Assembly (NCBI RefSeq): GCF_006345805.1
Contig: NC_043006.1
Coordinates: 95,170,001-95,234,000, forward strand
Reading direction: 5' to 3'
DNA: 64,000 nucleotides
Source: Octopus sinensis
Taxonomy: Eukaryota
Part shown: positions 34,670 through 48,469 of the stretch, one piece after another
Position numbering within the stretch: position 1 is the first letter of the stretch
How the letters are laid out: each line of letters opens with the position of its first letter
Notes under the pieces: generated by a model
Database searches by the model: none
The model's input: only the letters and a program-made list of their open reading frames with translations
Told to the model about the DNA's origin: nothing
Made by a program: the position numbers and the translations under genes

Positions 34670-35117
34670 TTAAATACAATGTGAGGTATGCTTGCCATCT
34701 CAATATGGCTGACCACTAAGGGTGGGTGTTACTATAGCTTGTAGCCCCAGGGGAACATTGTCTCCAGCTGGCTTTAGGCACACTTTCTGTGCCCTTATGG
34801 TATTTGCAAAGGGAGTTCATCCCTCCCTCGTCAACCTAAGTGATACGCACGGACTGCAGTTTCTAGGTATTGACCTGTCGTCGGCGTACGACGATCACCG
34901 GTTTTCGAAAAAGTGTATACAAGCAATAATAAATCTCTGAACGAGGTATAAACAGTAACTGCGCGACAATGTGAGGTATACTTGCCATCTCAATATGGCT
35001 AACTGCTAAGGGTGGGTGTTACTGTAGCTTAGTGGTTAGCCATATTGAGATGGCAAGTATACCTCACATTGTCGTGCAGTTACTGTTTATACCTCGTTCA
35101 GAGATTTATTATTACTT
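34670..35117 (-). mobile_element. HHR-bearing element (family H/I) with tandem tail copy and ~90-bp fold-back (34921-35010 / 35028-35117)
   Basis: 34676-34740 is repeated at ~34967-35030; near-perfect hairpin with a 17-nt loop. Confidence 0.8.
34847..34889 (-). ncRNA. Minimal type I hammerhead, U4C variant
   Basis: GTACG CCGACGA C AGGT caat ACCT A GAAA CTGCAG TC CGTGC; 5-bp stem I, palindromic ACTGCAGT, GUC site. Confidence 0.75.
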
Positions 35118-35389
35118 AAATGCACATCCACACAAATTCAAGTGTATACATGCATACATATAGATCCATGTATGTATGTGCATAAGTATAAACATACACG
35201 CTCACTTACACATATACATAGAAGCGTACATACGAATACATATGCATGCCAATACAAATATTCACATAAACCATGTCTCGGATCTGACGTATATACAAAC
35301 GACATAATTTTTAAAAAATTGCTGAGTACATAATAATAAATCTTAGATAAAAGACATACAAAATCTCACTCTTCAGCAAAGTCATGGAA

Positions 35390-36110
35390 CGACTGACACC
35401 CAGCATGTTTTTCGACCAGGTAGAAACTGCCTGACACAGCTATTGCATCATTAGGACAGGGTGCTAAAGCAGCTGCTCAACAACTCAAAAGTAGACGTGA
35501 TATACCTCGACTTTGCAAAACCCTTTAGAAAATGTCGACTATGGTTTCATGAATCACAAGGTCCGAAATCGTGTCATATTTGGAAAATTTGGAGAATGGC
35601 TACATCATTTAGACAGAAGTTAGGCAGTGGAGGTAATGGGGCCACCTCCAAGAAAACACAAATAATGAGTGGTGTTCGACAGAGCACTACTCTCGGGCCA
35701 CTGCTATAGTGTCCATCTCTGACATGCCCTCAGCTGCTCAAGTATCTATCATTGCTAGCTATGCAGACGATACAAAAGTCTCCCAGAGGATACAGAACAC
35801 CGGAGACGTTGTGCCTCTGCAACGGGAGTTGGACTTATATACAGGTGGGAGAAAAACAACATGCAGTTTAATGCTGGAAAATTCCAAGGCCTGCGCTACC
35901 AACACATGAAGCTCAATAAAAAGCAGATAGGATACACTGGACCAGGAGGGATCCCAATCTCTGAATCAAGGTCAGTGCATGACCTGGGCATTGACACGAG
36001 GAATGATGCATTTTTCAGGTGCACATTACTAAGTTGGCAATAAAATACAGACGTCTGACCAGGTGAACCCATCGAACATTCAGAACAAGAGGAATGGAAA
36101 CCATGTTGGT
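35390..36110 (+). pseudogene. Decayed CR1-like RT remnant
   Basis: VDVIYLDFAK, GVRQSTTLGPLL, SYADDTKV, MQFNAGKFQ. Confidence 0.85.
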
Positions 36111-37154
36111 TTCTTCTGACAAAGCTGACAGACTCTACCGTTAAACTCTATGGTGCACCATCAGCTATCCATGTTAACTTCCTAAAGGATTGAAAAGTTT
36201 TCTCTGGACCCGTGTATTCTGCTATATTTATTAACGAATGTCAAGAATTCCGGATGAACCTACCTCTAGGCAAAAAATACAGATGAGGACAGCAACATCA
36301 AACTCTCTTATTTACCAAATGTCATATATCAGAGGAGGTTTAGTGAAAGTGTAGCAAAGTAAACAGTAGTGCTGCAGTATGGCCGCAGTTCGTAGACTGA
36401 GACTTAGAAGAAAATACTCAAATACACACACACACACACATATTTATATATGCATATACGTACATATATATATATATACGTGTATAATATATATGTATAT
36501 TATATATACTTATATATATATGCATGTATGTATATATATATATATATACATGTATATTATATATATATATATACATGTATATTATATATATACATGTATG
36601 TATGTGTGCGTGGATAAATATGTATAGCAGTTACTGTATGCTTGCGCGTCAGTGTATGTTTTGCATGTATGTCTGTTTGTTTTGTGTGTGCGTGGGAGTG
36701 AGCCCCCATCGTGTGTTCCTGTGTTTATCTGTGTATATTTTTGAATATATACATATAGCCCGAAGATTTACTAATTTTTATTTAAGAAAACTCAATTCAG
36801 TCGAGTACAGCCAATTCCAGTGAAGTCATATTTCAAAATTGTTCGGTGTAAATGTGAGGCAAAATTACACAGTATATCGTAGATTGTTAGAAACACGACG
36901 GATATTCATGTTTCATATCACATTAATTATTGATCATATCGATTGATTAATGAGCACTTCACAGCATTAATCAAATATTTCCTCAAATACCAATGATGCT
37001 GCGTAATGGCCTATTAATACATACTTATATATATTTATGCAAAACTTTGAGTTTCTATATCGATATTTTCTCTTTCACCTTGTCTCAGTCACTCTCTGTT
37101 TTTCCTCTGCATTTCTCTCTTTCTGTCTCTCTCTCTATGGATGTCTCTCTCTCA

Positions 37155-37199
<45 letters not shown>

Positions 37200-37226
37200 C
37201 ATATACTGTATATACATAGTATATAC

Positions 37227-37283
<57 letters not shown>

Positions 37284-37393
37284 TATATATGCTATATATG
37301 CTATATATACATATGTATGTATATATATGCATATATATATACTATACAATATATGCATATATATGTTTGTATATATATGGAAGTATATATCTA

Positions 37394-37456
<63 letters not shown>

Positions 37457-37778
37457 TACACTATATATTTATATATGTGTATACATATGTGAGTGTACAT
37501 GCATGATGTGCAGTGTGACATATATAAGCAAAGAAACTGATGATCAGATATGATTACAACGTCTTTATTATATATATACATGTATACATATAATATATAT
37601 ATATATTATAATTATATATAATATATATATATATCATACATATATATATATATATATATATATAATATACATACATATATATATATATAAGATATATATA
37701 CATAATATATATATAATATATTATATATATATATATATATATAACATACATATATATATATATATATACATACATATA

Positions 37779-37810
<32 letters not shown>

Positions 37811-37834
37811 CGTGCATACATACATACACACACA

Positions 37835-37869
<35 letters not shown>

Positions 37870-37899
37870 CACTCACTCACACACACAACACACATAATA

Positions 37900-38075
37900 T
37901 ATGCGTGTGCGTACGTATTGTATGCTAATAAGTACATAATGATATATTTTCTATGATACAGTTCATCTCTATTAGTGTCGGCCATTTGTAAGCAAGGTAA
38001 CTCCATTATCGCAAACACAGGAACCTTATTATAAGCTTTCATTGTGAAGTTACATACCAAATACCTCGAACTCAT
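37900..38075 (-). pseudogene. Possible PLE endonuclease C-terminal remnant
   Basis: VFAIMELPCLQMADTNRDELYHRKYIIMYLL weakly parallels the F.I.PFY...R...E..FI pattern. Confidence 0.3.
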
Positions 38076-38224
38076 GAAATTAAATGCAACCTTCCTTCAC
38101 TTCAAGAAAGAGAAAACGAGAAAACAATGCTATGATTATACATACTACATTCCTAATAAAATAATAAATTGATAACGCCTTGTACACAATAATGTTGCTA
38201 TTCTTATTTATTTATTTAGCTATC

Positions 38225-38299
<75 letters not shown>

Positions 38300-38450
38300 C
38301 ATCATTATCATCATCATTTTAATTATGTTTTTGTACATATCGATGTTTTTATTATTATTGGTGTTACTACTACTACTACTACTACTACTACTGATACAAC
38401 TACCACCGCTACTACTACTGTGTCTACTACCACAGCTGCTGTATTCGTGG
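38225..38450. repeat. (TAT)n/(CAT)n/(TAC)n trinucleotide tract
   Basis: Seen directly. Confidence 0.9.
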
Positions 38451-38889
38451 TTATTATTAAGAGCACTAATATCATTATTACTTTGTTGTAACAGTTGTTA
38501 TTATTTGTATTACTAGTACTATAGATATTAATGGTATTATCATTTAATTATCTTGTGTTTTAGATAAATTGACGCTTATAATATCTATATCATAATTTTA
38601 ATGAAGCGATATATTTTAATAAAATCACCATTGTTTTTGAAACAATATTGAAAAATGTATGTCTCCTAAATTATGTACACATAATCTTGAATTTTTTTAA
38701 CCCTTTGTTCAAATATGCTGTTGTCGCTTTAAATGTTTGCATCGACCAATATATGGATTAACTAATTGATTTATTGATTGGTTAACGTATTGACATCAAG
38801 AAAGATATCGTATTAACATTATAGCTGTGACTATTTATGTTGTTCCTATTAAAATAGTTACGTCTATCAATTCTTTTTGTATCCATAGC

Positions 38890-39350
38890 TTTCTTTGTTT
38901 CAGTCATTAAGTCGTGTCGGTGCCGAGGCGCTGGCTTCAAGAATCTAGTCGAACAAATCGATCTCAGGATTTATTTTTATGTTTTGTAGATATTCTGTCG
39001 GCCTTTTTTACTTTTACCGAACGGTTAAGATAAAGGGACGCAAACAAAAGCAATTGGCGTCAAGTGGCGGTGGTGGGGCAAATTTAAACACAATGACACC
39101 CATATACATATATATATGGGGGGTGTATATGTATATGCTCGTGTGTGTGTGTGTGTGTGTGTGTGCGTGCGTGCGTGCGCGCGCGCGCGCGTGTGTGTGC
39201 TTGTGTGTGTACGATGAGGTTACGGTTTTTCACATAGTTTCCCTTTACCAAAATCCTTGACAACGTATGGTCGGTACGTAGCTACGTTAGAAGACACCCA
39301 CCTGAAGAGCGGGAGTGAACGTGCAACCACGTGGTTGGACAGGGAACTTG
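38890..39350 (-). mobile_element. Diverged main-family SINE
   Basis: Reverse-complement similarity with an internal (TG)n. Confidence 0.7.
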
Positions 39351-39702
39351 ATTGACCATACAACAATGTCTGTGAATAGGGTTGTCCGAATAACAAACAA
39401 CCTACACGAAGAATTATACTTTAACTGTCCATTCGACAATATTTGCGTATTATAATGCAAAATATTTTCACGGACTATTTAGGAATGTTCCACGCGTTTG
39501 GATTAGTTGTTCTTCAATAAATCTCTAATCCATCCAATTATATAATGCATAACTAATTTCAGCTCTACTCCAGTCCATCTATAAGTTCAACATTTCATCT
39601 TGGATAAAAACACTCCCACAATATAACACTTGTAGTTTGGTTATCCCACGAATAAAGAATATTTGTCTATAAATGCGGTGTTGAGCACTCGTTCTGGCTG
39701 TC

Positions 39703-39747
<45 letters not shown>

Positions 39748-39919
39748 TATATATATATACACCATCAATTATATCAGATTCTAGTGTTAAAATCATTTAG
39801 GAAATTCCTGAAAACATGTTAAAATAACTGAATCAAGGATACACATCATATTTGGCGTCTATAACTTTAGATATATTTAGCGCGTATATAGAAACATACA
39901 ATTACGCAGATGTCGGTAC

Positions 39920-40115
39920 ATAGCAAGTGATTTTTATCTGAGATTCTTTGCTGAAAATAAAGAGATTGCAGACCGGAAGTCATTGGTTAGACATTCAGGA
40001 ACACACAAAAACCCTCAACTTCAATTAAACTTTTATTTGCAATGTGGTGTCCAAATTTTCATGGCTCGAAACTGCGACCTGTACGCTCACTGAAAATTTT
40101 GCTGCATAAATAAAT
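39920..40115 (-). mobile_element. pLTR family G, decayed; G3-C8 HHR remnant at 40048-40096
   Basis: Homologous to 47601-47800; core reads GTGAGCG. Confidence 0.6.
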
Positions 40116-40212
40116 ACAATAGTTAACTGTTGTAAAACAAGCACAGTGCTCCCCCGTTTAACAACAGTACAAACTATTTTCTTTCTATGAGGTTTTCAAC
40201 ATTCTCTCGCAT

Positions 40213-40251
<39 letters not shown>

Positions 40252-40289
40252 ACATATATATATATATTATATATATATATATATATATT

Positions 40290-40666
40290 TATTGAAATGG
40301 ATAAATGAATTATCTTGTTACGATTATTCAAAATTTAACCGATACCTGGGTAGCAAAAAACACAACAGAAAAAACACGGTTGAGGTTACGACCATGGGGT
40401 GTCGCAACTGTGCCTTAGCGCGGATAATTGAATTTTTATATATTTAGTGAAGGGAAGAAATGGAGCTGAACGAAAATTCTACAAAATTCCTTTTTACTAT
40501 TTTCTACACATGTTTCAAAGGCTGCAAATTTCCAAATTCAGATTGAATATGGAGACCATTTTGCAGCTTTCTCTTCAGGAAAATCCAGGAAACAAGTGTA
40601 GAAAATAATAAAAGGAATTTTGTAGAATTTTCGTTCAGCTCCATTTCTTCCCTTCACTAAATATAT
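40290..40666. mobile_element. Family-B pLTR (minus) with an inverted tail copy (40438-40516 / 40589-40666)
   Basis: Direct comparison with 26503-26725 and 57016-57415. Confidence 0.85.
40500..40583 (-). ncRNA. Type I hammerhead, family B, intact core
   Basis: TTTTC CTGAAGA G AAAGCTGCAAA...TTTGCAGCCTTT GAAA CATGTG TA GAAAA. Confidence 0.85.
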
Positions 40667-40684
40667 ATATATATATATATATAG

Positions 40685-40750
<66 letters not shown>

Positions 40751-41483
40751 TGTATATATATATATATATATTCGAAGCATAAAAACCCAGGAAATTTATT
40801 TTTTAATAGTTATTTAGAACCTAATAGATTACCTAATATTTACACGTGTTTCACCAGTTAATACTATTTTGTTGGAGTAATCCTTATGTATATGATTGTA
40901 TAAATGCATCGAAGGCCCATATCTTTAGGAAATAAAAATTCAATGCTTTATTATGCGCAACCTTACTTCGTTGACAAAGGCAGTTCTTAATTAAATGCGA
41001 GTAAGCATATTAGTGTTCGCTAGCGAAACACATGTAAAGATTGTCGTTTATAACGTCAAAATAGAATTAAAGTAAATCCGTTTTATTCTGCTCTCGGATA
41101 TACGATCTATAAACTATGCAAATGCATAAAGTTTGAAGAAAAAATGTGATGGCAAATTATGTTCGCTATTTGATTAGAATTTAGATATAAATGGATTTAC
41201 TTGGAACTGTGAGAATTGGTTAAGCTTTTGGCTATCTCGTTCGAAAGAGCAATTTTTCAATATATAAATAATCGATTGCATTTTAGCTGGTGTTTATTCA
41301 GTTAACTGAAATCTATGCTAACCAGGTTTTTAGATGAAGTGCTAACAATGTGATAACGTAAATTATAAGTGACCCTTCAAATGTTACATATATAAATACT
41401 TGCACAAACACACATACACACACACGTACACATATACACACACACAGAGGCACACACATACATACAAAAAGATATGTGTATAT

Positions 41484-41538
<55 letters not shown>

Positions 41539-41559
41539 TGTGTGTGTGTGTGTGTATGT

Positions 41560-41796
41560 TCTTTTTTCTTTTCCTTTCATTGTTTCAGTCATTTGACTGC
41601 GGCCGTCCTGGAGCACCACCTTTAGTCGAGCAAATCGACACCAGAGCTTATTCTTGTTAATTTGTAGTACTTATACAATCGATCACTTTTGCCGAACAGC
41701 TAAGATACGGGGACATAGACATACCGGCACCTGTTGTCAAGCGATATTGAGAGGCAATACAGAAACACAAACATACCACACACACACACCACACAC

Positions 41797-41846
<50 letters not shown>

Positions 41847-41860
41847 ACACACACACACAC

Positions 41861-41903
<43 letters not shown>

Positions 41904-42010
41904 CATATACAACTGGCTTCTTTCAGTTTCCGTCTACCAAATCCACTCACAAGGCTTTGGTTGGCCCCAGGCTATAGTAGAAGACATTTGCTCAAGTTGC
42001 CATGCATGGG
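41560..42010 (-). mobile_element. Main-family SINE
   Basis: Reverse-complement match with a long internal (CA)n(TA)n. Confidence 0.85.
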
Positions 42011-42027
42011 ACGGACCCATATATATG

Positions 42028-42101
<74 letters not shown>

Positions 42102-42104
<3 letters not shown>

Positions 42105-42272
42105 TAGCACGAATGTGCTAGGATGCAGGAAGCGTCAAGCTATTTAGAAATGAGATCTTCGCGTACTGTTATATTCTATTATTTTGGTGTCTTCCGAATG
42201 GTTGAATTGAAACTTTAGCTCTCATTTCTAAATAGGCTGATGTTTCTGCATCCTGACGCCTTCGTGCTAATT
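42102..42272. repeat. Inverted repeat, ~55-bp arms, ~63-nt spacer (pLTR-like)
   Basis: aattagcacgaa...agaaatgaga / tctcatttct...ttcgtgctaatt, adjoining (TA)n. Confidence 0.8.
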
Positions 42273-42477
42273 TTATATTTTATAGCTTATAATGCTATTA
42301 AACCTGTGAACCGCCTATGTTACTGCTGTTGATATTATCAATTAAAAATATTCACTACAGATGGTATTAAGCGTAGTAATATTTTATTTCGAACGTAAAC
42401 ATTTGAATGCTTTTGCTCATACACCACACCCACATACAGATACGCGCGTGCACACACACACACACATATACGTGCGA

Positions 42478-42523
<46 letters not shown>

Positions 42524-42658
42524 TGAATTGGTTCGATAAAATTCTTTTTCGGATATGGTAGATTGTATGAAATATAATATATAAGCAGAAGGAAAATACA
42601 CAGAAATTCTGTGTTGGAGTATATATATGTATACACAAAAACACACACTCACACACAC

Positions 42659-42703
<45 letters not shown>

Positions 42704-42769
42704 GTGTGTGTGTGTGTGTGTGCGTGTGTGTGTGTCTGTGTCTGTGTTTGTGTGTGTATTATATATATA

Positions 42770-42900
42770 CTTTATTTAAAAGCAGCAGAAATTTAACAAA
42801 AGCTGTAACAACTTTTGTTAAATTTCTGCTGCTTTTAAATAAAGCATATTGCTCTACCACTGGTATTTGAGTACTCTTTTTTCCACCTTGTTTCACATTT
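42770..42900. mobile_element. Family-F tail with a perfect 33-bp fold-back (42770-42802 / 42812-42844)
   Basis: The arms are exact reverse complements; the tail matches 52460-52555. Confidence 0.9.
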
Positions 42901-42926
42901 TGTTGGTTACATTTTATATATACGGT

Positions 42927-42970
<44 letters not shown>

Positions 42971-43559
42971 CTGTGTTTAGCCCTTTGTGGGTAGTAAAGA
43001 AATATATAATATATGTGTGTGTGTGTGTTGTGTGTGTGTCTGTGTGTCTGTGTGTATATATATATGTATGTATGTATGTATGATTGAAGTTGTGCTACAA
43101 CAGAATGTTGTCACAGTTGCCATAAGAGAATCACCCAAATGAGCGTTTTGGTGCTTATAAGCACCGAGACGGCCACATCACGTGATTTCTTCATTCCCTG
43201 GCATTGACGATAGCGGACATTCGACCGATGGAAACAGGAGCGATATCTTCGCCAATGACATACATATAATTTCAAGTACTAATGTCGCGAATATCCAGTC
43301 GGCTTATTAAATAATAATTATTACCCACAGAAACAGTAAGAATATCAAAAGGAATTATTTATCCCCATCTCGAAGTGGGTTTTGTGTTAGAACACAGAAC
43401 ATTGTGACAGTTACATGAGGGAATTTCTCATAAAGGGTTTTGGTGCATGTAATGCACTACTGTTTAGAATTATTATTTTATACATTCATATATATTATTT
43501 TATATGTTACAGACCTTAGGCCGCGGCGAAGCTGGAGCACCACCAGTGTAATTATCTTT

Positions 43560-44990
43560 TCAGTGGCCAAACTCTCTCTCTTGAGTTTCCTGCCTTGATA
43601 TTGGTTCTTCTGGGACATTGGATAGCAAGGGGCCAAGTTTCTTGAAAATATCTATGAAGATCCCTCAGGTGTTTTGGCAAGGCGTTAAATAGTTATGAGC
43701 CCTTGACTCCTAAGTTTTGCTATTATTTAGACACTTTATAATGACAACGCCTGACAGCAGTAGTCTAGATTGTTGAGAATAAGTGTCCTCCATAGAACCA
43801 GCATAGTTTCCTGGTCCCTTGTTCTGAAAGTTGTCAAAATCCATCGCCCGTCGCCTGCTCATTGCCACCATCGTGGTGATATGAGCGTTTAACGATGTTG
43901 CTCATATCAATCCCCAGATCACGCACTGTATGTGACTCTGAGATTGCCGGTATTTTGGGCCCAAATTATCGTTGTTGCGGCTTGTGGGCACCAATTGACC
44001 GAGAGCAGAGGATTTGGACTTTACCTTCTTTAAATTGCATGTTATTTTTTTCTGCCCATTTATATATGGTCTTTCTGTAGAAGATTAGCATCAGAAGTTT
44101 CCTTGATTGCTGGTGCTACTTTTGTGTCGTCGACATAGCTAGTAAGTGTAGATGCCTGTGTAACTGATGACATGTCTGAAAGAGTCGCCATGAACGGTAG
44201 AAGCCCCTATACAGTTCCCCGACGCACTACACTTACTATTACTGTCTCCTTGGAGAGAGCTCCATTGGCTGTCACAGTTTGGCTTCTGTCTATTAAAAAG
44301 TCATGCAACTACTCGTCGAATCTCCCTAGCTTGTGACATATCACCCCATGTTCAGCCATATCATGAACAATCGGGATATATCACATCCACGTTTGAGCGA
44401 TTAATTGTTTCAACACTCAGTCACAATGCTGCAAAAGCTGTGTAAGTTAGCTTATTCCTAAGTGGAAGCCATTCTGGTTATTGGAGAGCAAGTCATTATC
44501 TTCAAAGAACTCAATCAATTTCCTCCCGACAATGTGATCCATGATATTATTGAGGTGGAGGTTAGAAACACAGGTCTAAAATTATTAGCATCCACTCTGC
44601 TACCTCCATATCCACTCTGCTACCTCCATTATGGATAGGACGTATTATGCCTTGCGAAGAGGGTTTGGAAGAGAATCTGTAGTCGTCTTGCGTTTCTGTA
44701 GGAGGATTCTTGGGAATACATCAGGGCCGGCGGATGAGATAGTGCTCATTTCATCAATGGCTAATATTACATCTATTTCCTCTACTTTGATGTTATCAGT
44801 AATTACTATTTCTTTATGTAGATCTGTGGTGCTGAAGAAATCATCAGGCATAGCTACTTGTAAGAACCCCAGAAGAGTTGCGAAAACACTCAATATTTCA
44901 CTAATCCTCCGGGAGTCGGCGATTCACTCTCTTCGAACAGTGGCTCCATTTTGTACCATACCGAGGCAGATGCTTTTGCATGTCTATAGT
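43560..44990 (-). pseudogene. Decayed CR1-like ORF2 remnant
   Basis: IDEMSTISSAGPDVFPRILL and SYVDDTKV on the minus strand; many stops. Confidence 0.75.
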
Positions 44991-45079
44991 TGATACTAGG
45001 ATTTGTTTTCATATTTTTGACTATTCTGATTTCTTTTGCTGCTTTCACCTACACACACACATGCACATACTTATATATA

Positions 45080-45420
45080 TATATATATATAAATTAGAAA
45101 CAAAACCACCTTTAATCAATTCAATAAGGAAAAATTAAATTATACCATCTAGAAAATTACATATTATAGAAAGATTAAATATAAAATAAAACATATAACG
45201 ATGATTAAGTAATGTGCAAAGTAATACATAAATATATATATAAGTATAGATATATATATATTTCCTCGGATCCCCACCAGAAGAAGCTAAAAGAAGTGTC
45301 CAGTCACTTAGAAGGTGCAACTAAAAGATAATCCTGTGAGAGAATATGATATTTAATCCATAATCGTTAGTCTTTTCAGATGTGATAGATTTCCTAACCC
45401 CCAGAGGATATTAATATGAT
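45080..45420 (-). mobile_element. Possible PLE 3' end remnant
   Basis: EIYHI*KTNDYGLN resembles the endonuclease terminal motif and is followed by an AT-rich tail and (TA)n. Confidence 0.35.
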
Positions 45421-47508
45421 TTAGAAATCAAAGTAATTTCTCAAATTGAGTGGGGATGGGTAGTGGCATAGAATGTCCAGGCACCGACATAGACAACGAA
45501 AATGTAATGTGTCTTAAATGGTACAATTAAACTCAGATTTGGAATGTCTAATATAACCGCTTCATAATGACAAAAATGGCGGAAGGATTACACAATGCGA
45601 GGACGGACCAGTAACATTTAAGTTTTTATGAATGAAATTCATTGTAACGGAAAAAGTACATAACATGAAAGCGGGCTGCCATTGATAATTGAGTTTTTAT
45701 AAATGAAAATTTCGCTATTTAGGCATTTTGAAGAGCATTGCTTAATATTTTAGTTGGATATTGGAAACCGTTTGCAACGGAGATGATTTGCCTGTCAGCG
45801 TTGTCGCTTTGAACTGCTTTTAATCATTGTAACATTATACAAAATCCATTTAATCATGTCAGCGCTGGTGCTTCAAAATATAAAGAAATAAATATTAAAC
45901 AAAGGGAGATGATCATGTATTCTCTTCCCTGTCAAACGATCAAATTTTTGCTTTAAGAAATGAATTTCGATGAATCTCAACGGTCGACATATTTTCAATA
46001 TAGCTGTAATCCTGAATTACTTCTATTCTACAAATTTCTACCTCCCACTCTCATCCATATTTGTTGGTACGCATACATATATGCATACACACACATATAC
46101 GTGTATATATATACACACATTCACATATGCACCTATATGTAAATATATATATATATATAATATGATATATATAAAATATATATATATTATATATTATATA
46201 TATTGATATCTATATATATACATACATACATATATATATGCCTATATATGTATGTATATATATATATATACACACACATGTATATATACATACATACCAT
46301 ACATACATACATATATGGATAACTGTGTTAAAAATGTGTGTATAAACACACACGCATACACGTGCACACACATATATATACATACACAATGTGATTGCGT
46401 TTGTGCTTGTGTGCTTCTGTGCATGCGTACGCGTGTGTCTGTTTACGTGTGAGTGCATACGTATGATCTTTCATTTTGCTTGATTTCTTCATCAAGAAGA
46501 AGAAGAACAACAACAACAACAGCAAAATGAAACGAGAAGAAAAGGAAGACAACGTGTTGTTATTAATCAATTAATCAATCAATTGAAGAGGAAAGTGAAA
46601 AAGAGGGAAGAGATTTTAAAGAAAGAGTAGAAAGGAAGAAGGAAGAAAAGAACGATAGGAAGGAAGTGAAGAAGAAAGGATTAGACAGAAATTAAAACCA
46701 GAATAAATTCGGTAGGGGGAAGGGGAGGAGGACGAATGAAAATGAAGAAAGAAACAATAAAATAAACAAAGAAACGAACGAGATTTGTAGGGTGGGGGAC
46801 ATTAGAAGAAGAATAATAGTGTGAGGTACCTTTGGTGTTTTTTGCAGTTGTTATTGGGGTTGTTGTTTAAGCCCAGGTCAGCTTTGATCGACAGACCTTT
46901 GATCAAAAGAATTCTCAACATGGCCGCTATTACAATATTTTCTTCAGACGTTTTATTTCAAACAAGATTTCCCAATGTATCTTCTATTTTCAGTTTTTAA
47001 AGATGCTCAAATCTTATTTTGAAGTGTGATTTTGGCTTTTATTTTCAGTAGATTAAGCAGTAACCTTTAAAATCCGTTGTTGTCCTGAGTTAGAGAATGC
47101 TTCTGTAGTAGTGCATGTCTCACATGTTTTGGTATAGGAAGAGCTTGAGACACGAGAGATTGTTGTCTTTGATGCCGTTGTTAATGTTGGCTGGTATCGT
47201 CGGTATTCGCTCTAGATAAACCATAATCCAGCAAGCTTATGATTAAAAGAAATCCAGTCGTGACACCTCCCAAGGCATATTATATCATTTCGTTTAAGAA
47301 AGCTAACATATTGTTTTTCTCAATACCTTTCACTCAATTCCATCATTGGGCTGTAATTATGCTGCACCATTAAAAGGTTTAGTCAAAAAATACGGCCCCA
47401 GTATTAATTTTATTGCCTAGTACTTCAACTATCGGAACCGCTAGTTTACGGTGACTAATACACACACATATATGTATGTGTATATATATATATATATATA
47501 TATTACAA

Positions 47509-47800
47509 TTGCAGCGTGGAAGGTGTTTGTAAGCCTTTTAAGAAACACACAAAAGCCGTTCGATTCACTTCAACATTGAAGTTTAATTTGTCAAAATATT
47601 GAGAGATGCAGCACGGATTTTTGTCAGTGAACAGGTCGCGGTCTTATAGCGACGAAAATATTTTGACAAATTAAATTTAAATGTTGAAGTGAATCGAACG
47701 GCTTTCGTGTGTTTTCTTAAATGGCTTACAAACACCTTCCACGCTGCAACTGTTTTCGTTCCAGCACACGATCTCAGATCAAATCACTTGCTATATGCTA
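47509..47800. mobile_element. Family-G pLTR fold-back (arms 47509-47600 / 47657-47749)
   Basis: ~92-bp inverted arms with the HHR occupying the spacer. Confidence 0.9.
47620..47670 (+). ncRNA. Type I hammerhead with swapped G3-C8 core
   Basis: TTTGTCA GTGAACA G GTCGC ggtcttata GCGAC GAAA ATAT TT TGACAAA; 7-bp stem I, 5-bp stem II, palindromic AATATT. Confidence 0.75.
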
Positions 47801-47819
47801 TTATATATATATATATAAT

Positions 47820-47862
<43 letters not shown>

Positions 47863-47866
47863 ATAT

Positions 47867-47959
<93 letters not shown>

Positions 47960-47989
47960 TATATATATATTATAATATATATATATAAT

Positions 47990-48180
47990 GAAACAAGTCA
48001 AGATAGAAAGTGCTAAAATAATTTTATAAAGAGCATTTCAGTACCAGTTTCAGTCATTTGAGACCTCTTCAACTGTAACGATTAAATAATTAAATTTAGA
48101 AAAATTAAAAGAAAAGTGTTTTAAAAGAATATTTGTATAGTGTTCAAATATAAGTGGCATTTTCCTTGTTTTTCCTGCCT
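47990..48180 (-). mobile_element. pLTR family E with HHR motif at 48039-48075
   Basis: CAG TTGAAGA G GTC tcaaat GAC T GAAA CTGG TA CTG (U3.G8 wobble in this copy). Confidence 0.75.
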
Positions 48181-48320
48181 TTCTGTCTCTCTTGTTTACA
48201 CTTGTGGATTCGAGGTGTTGTGAATTCTTGGTATATATATATATATATCATACATATACTATATATATATTATATACATATACATACATATATATATATA
48301 TATATACATATACATACATA

Positions 48321-48359
<39 letters not shown>

Positions 48360-48398
48360 GTATACTTATACATATATACACACACACAGACACCCACA

Positions 48399-48447
<49 letters not shown>

Positions 48448-48469
48448 TATATATATATATATATATATA

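Noticed and set aside
36245-36920. Decayed hammerhead-like strings (ccggatgaacctacctctaggcaaaa at ~36250; ccagtgaag...gaaacacgac at 36812-36900)
   Set aside because: Two or more core mismatches and no second copy to confirm. The same applies to candidates near 8230, 40840, 51610 and 52790.
39372-39710. Mariner-like remnant (tagggttgtccgaataa terminus)
   Set aside because: Only one TIR-like end and no clear transposase motif.
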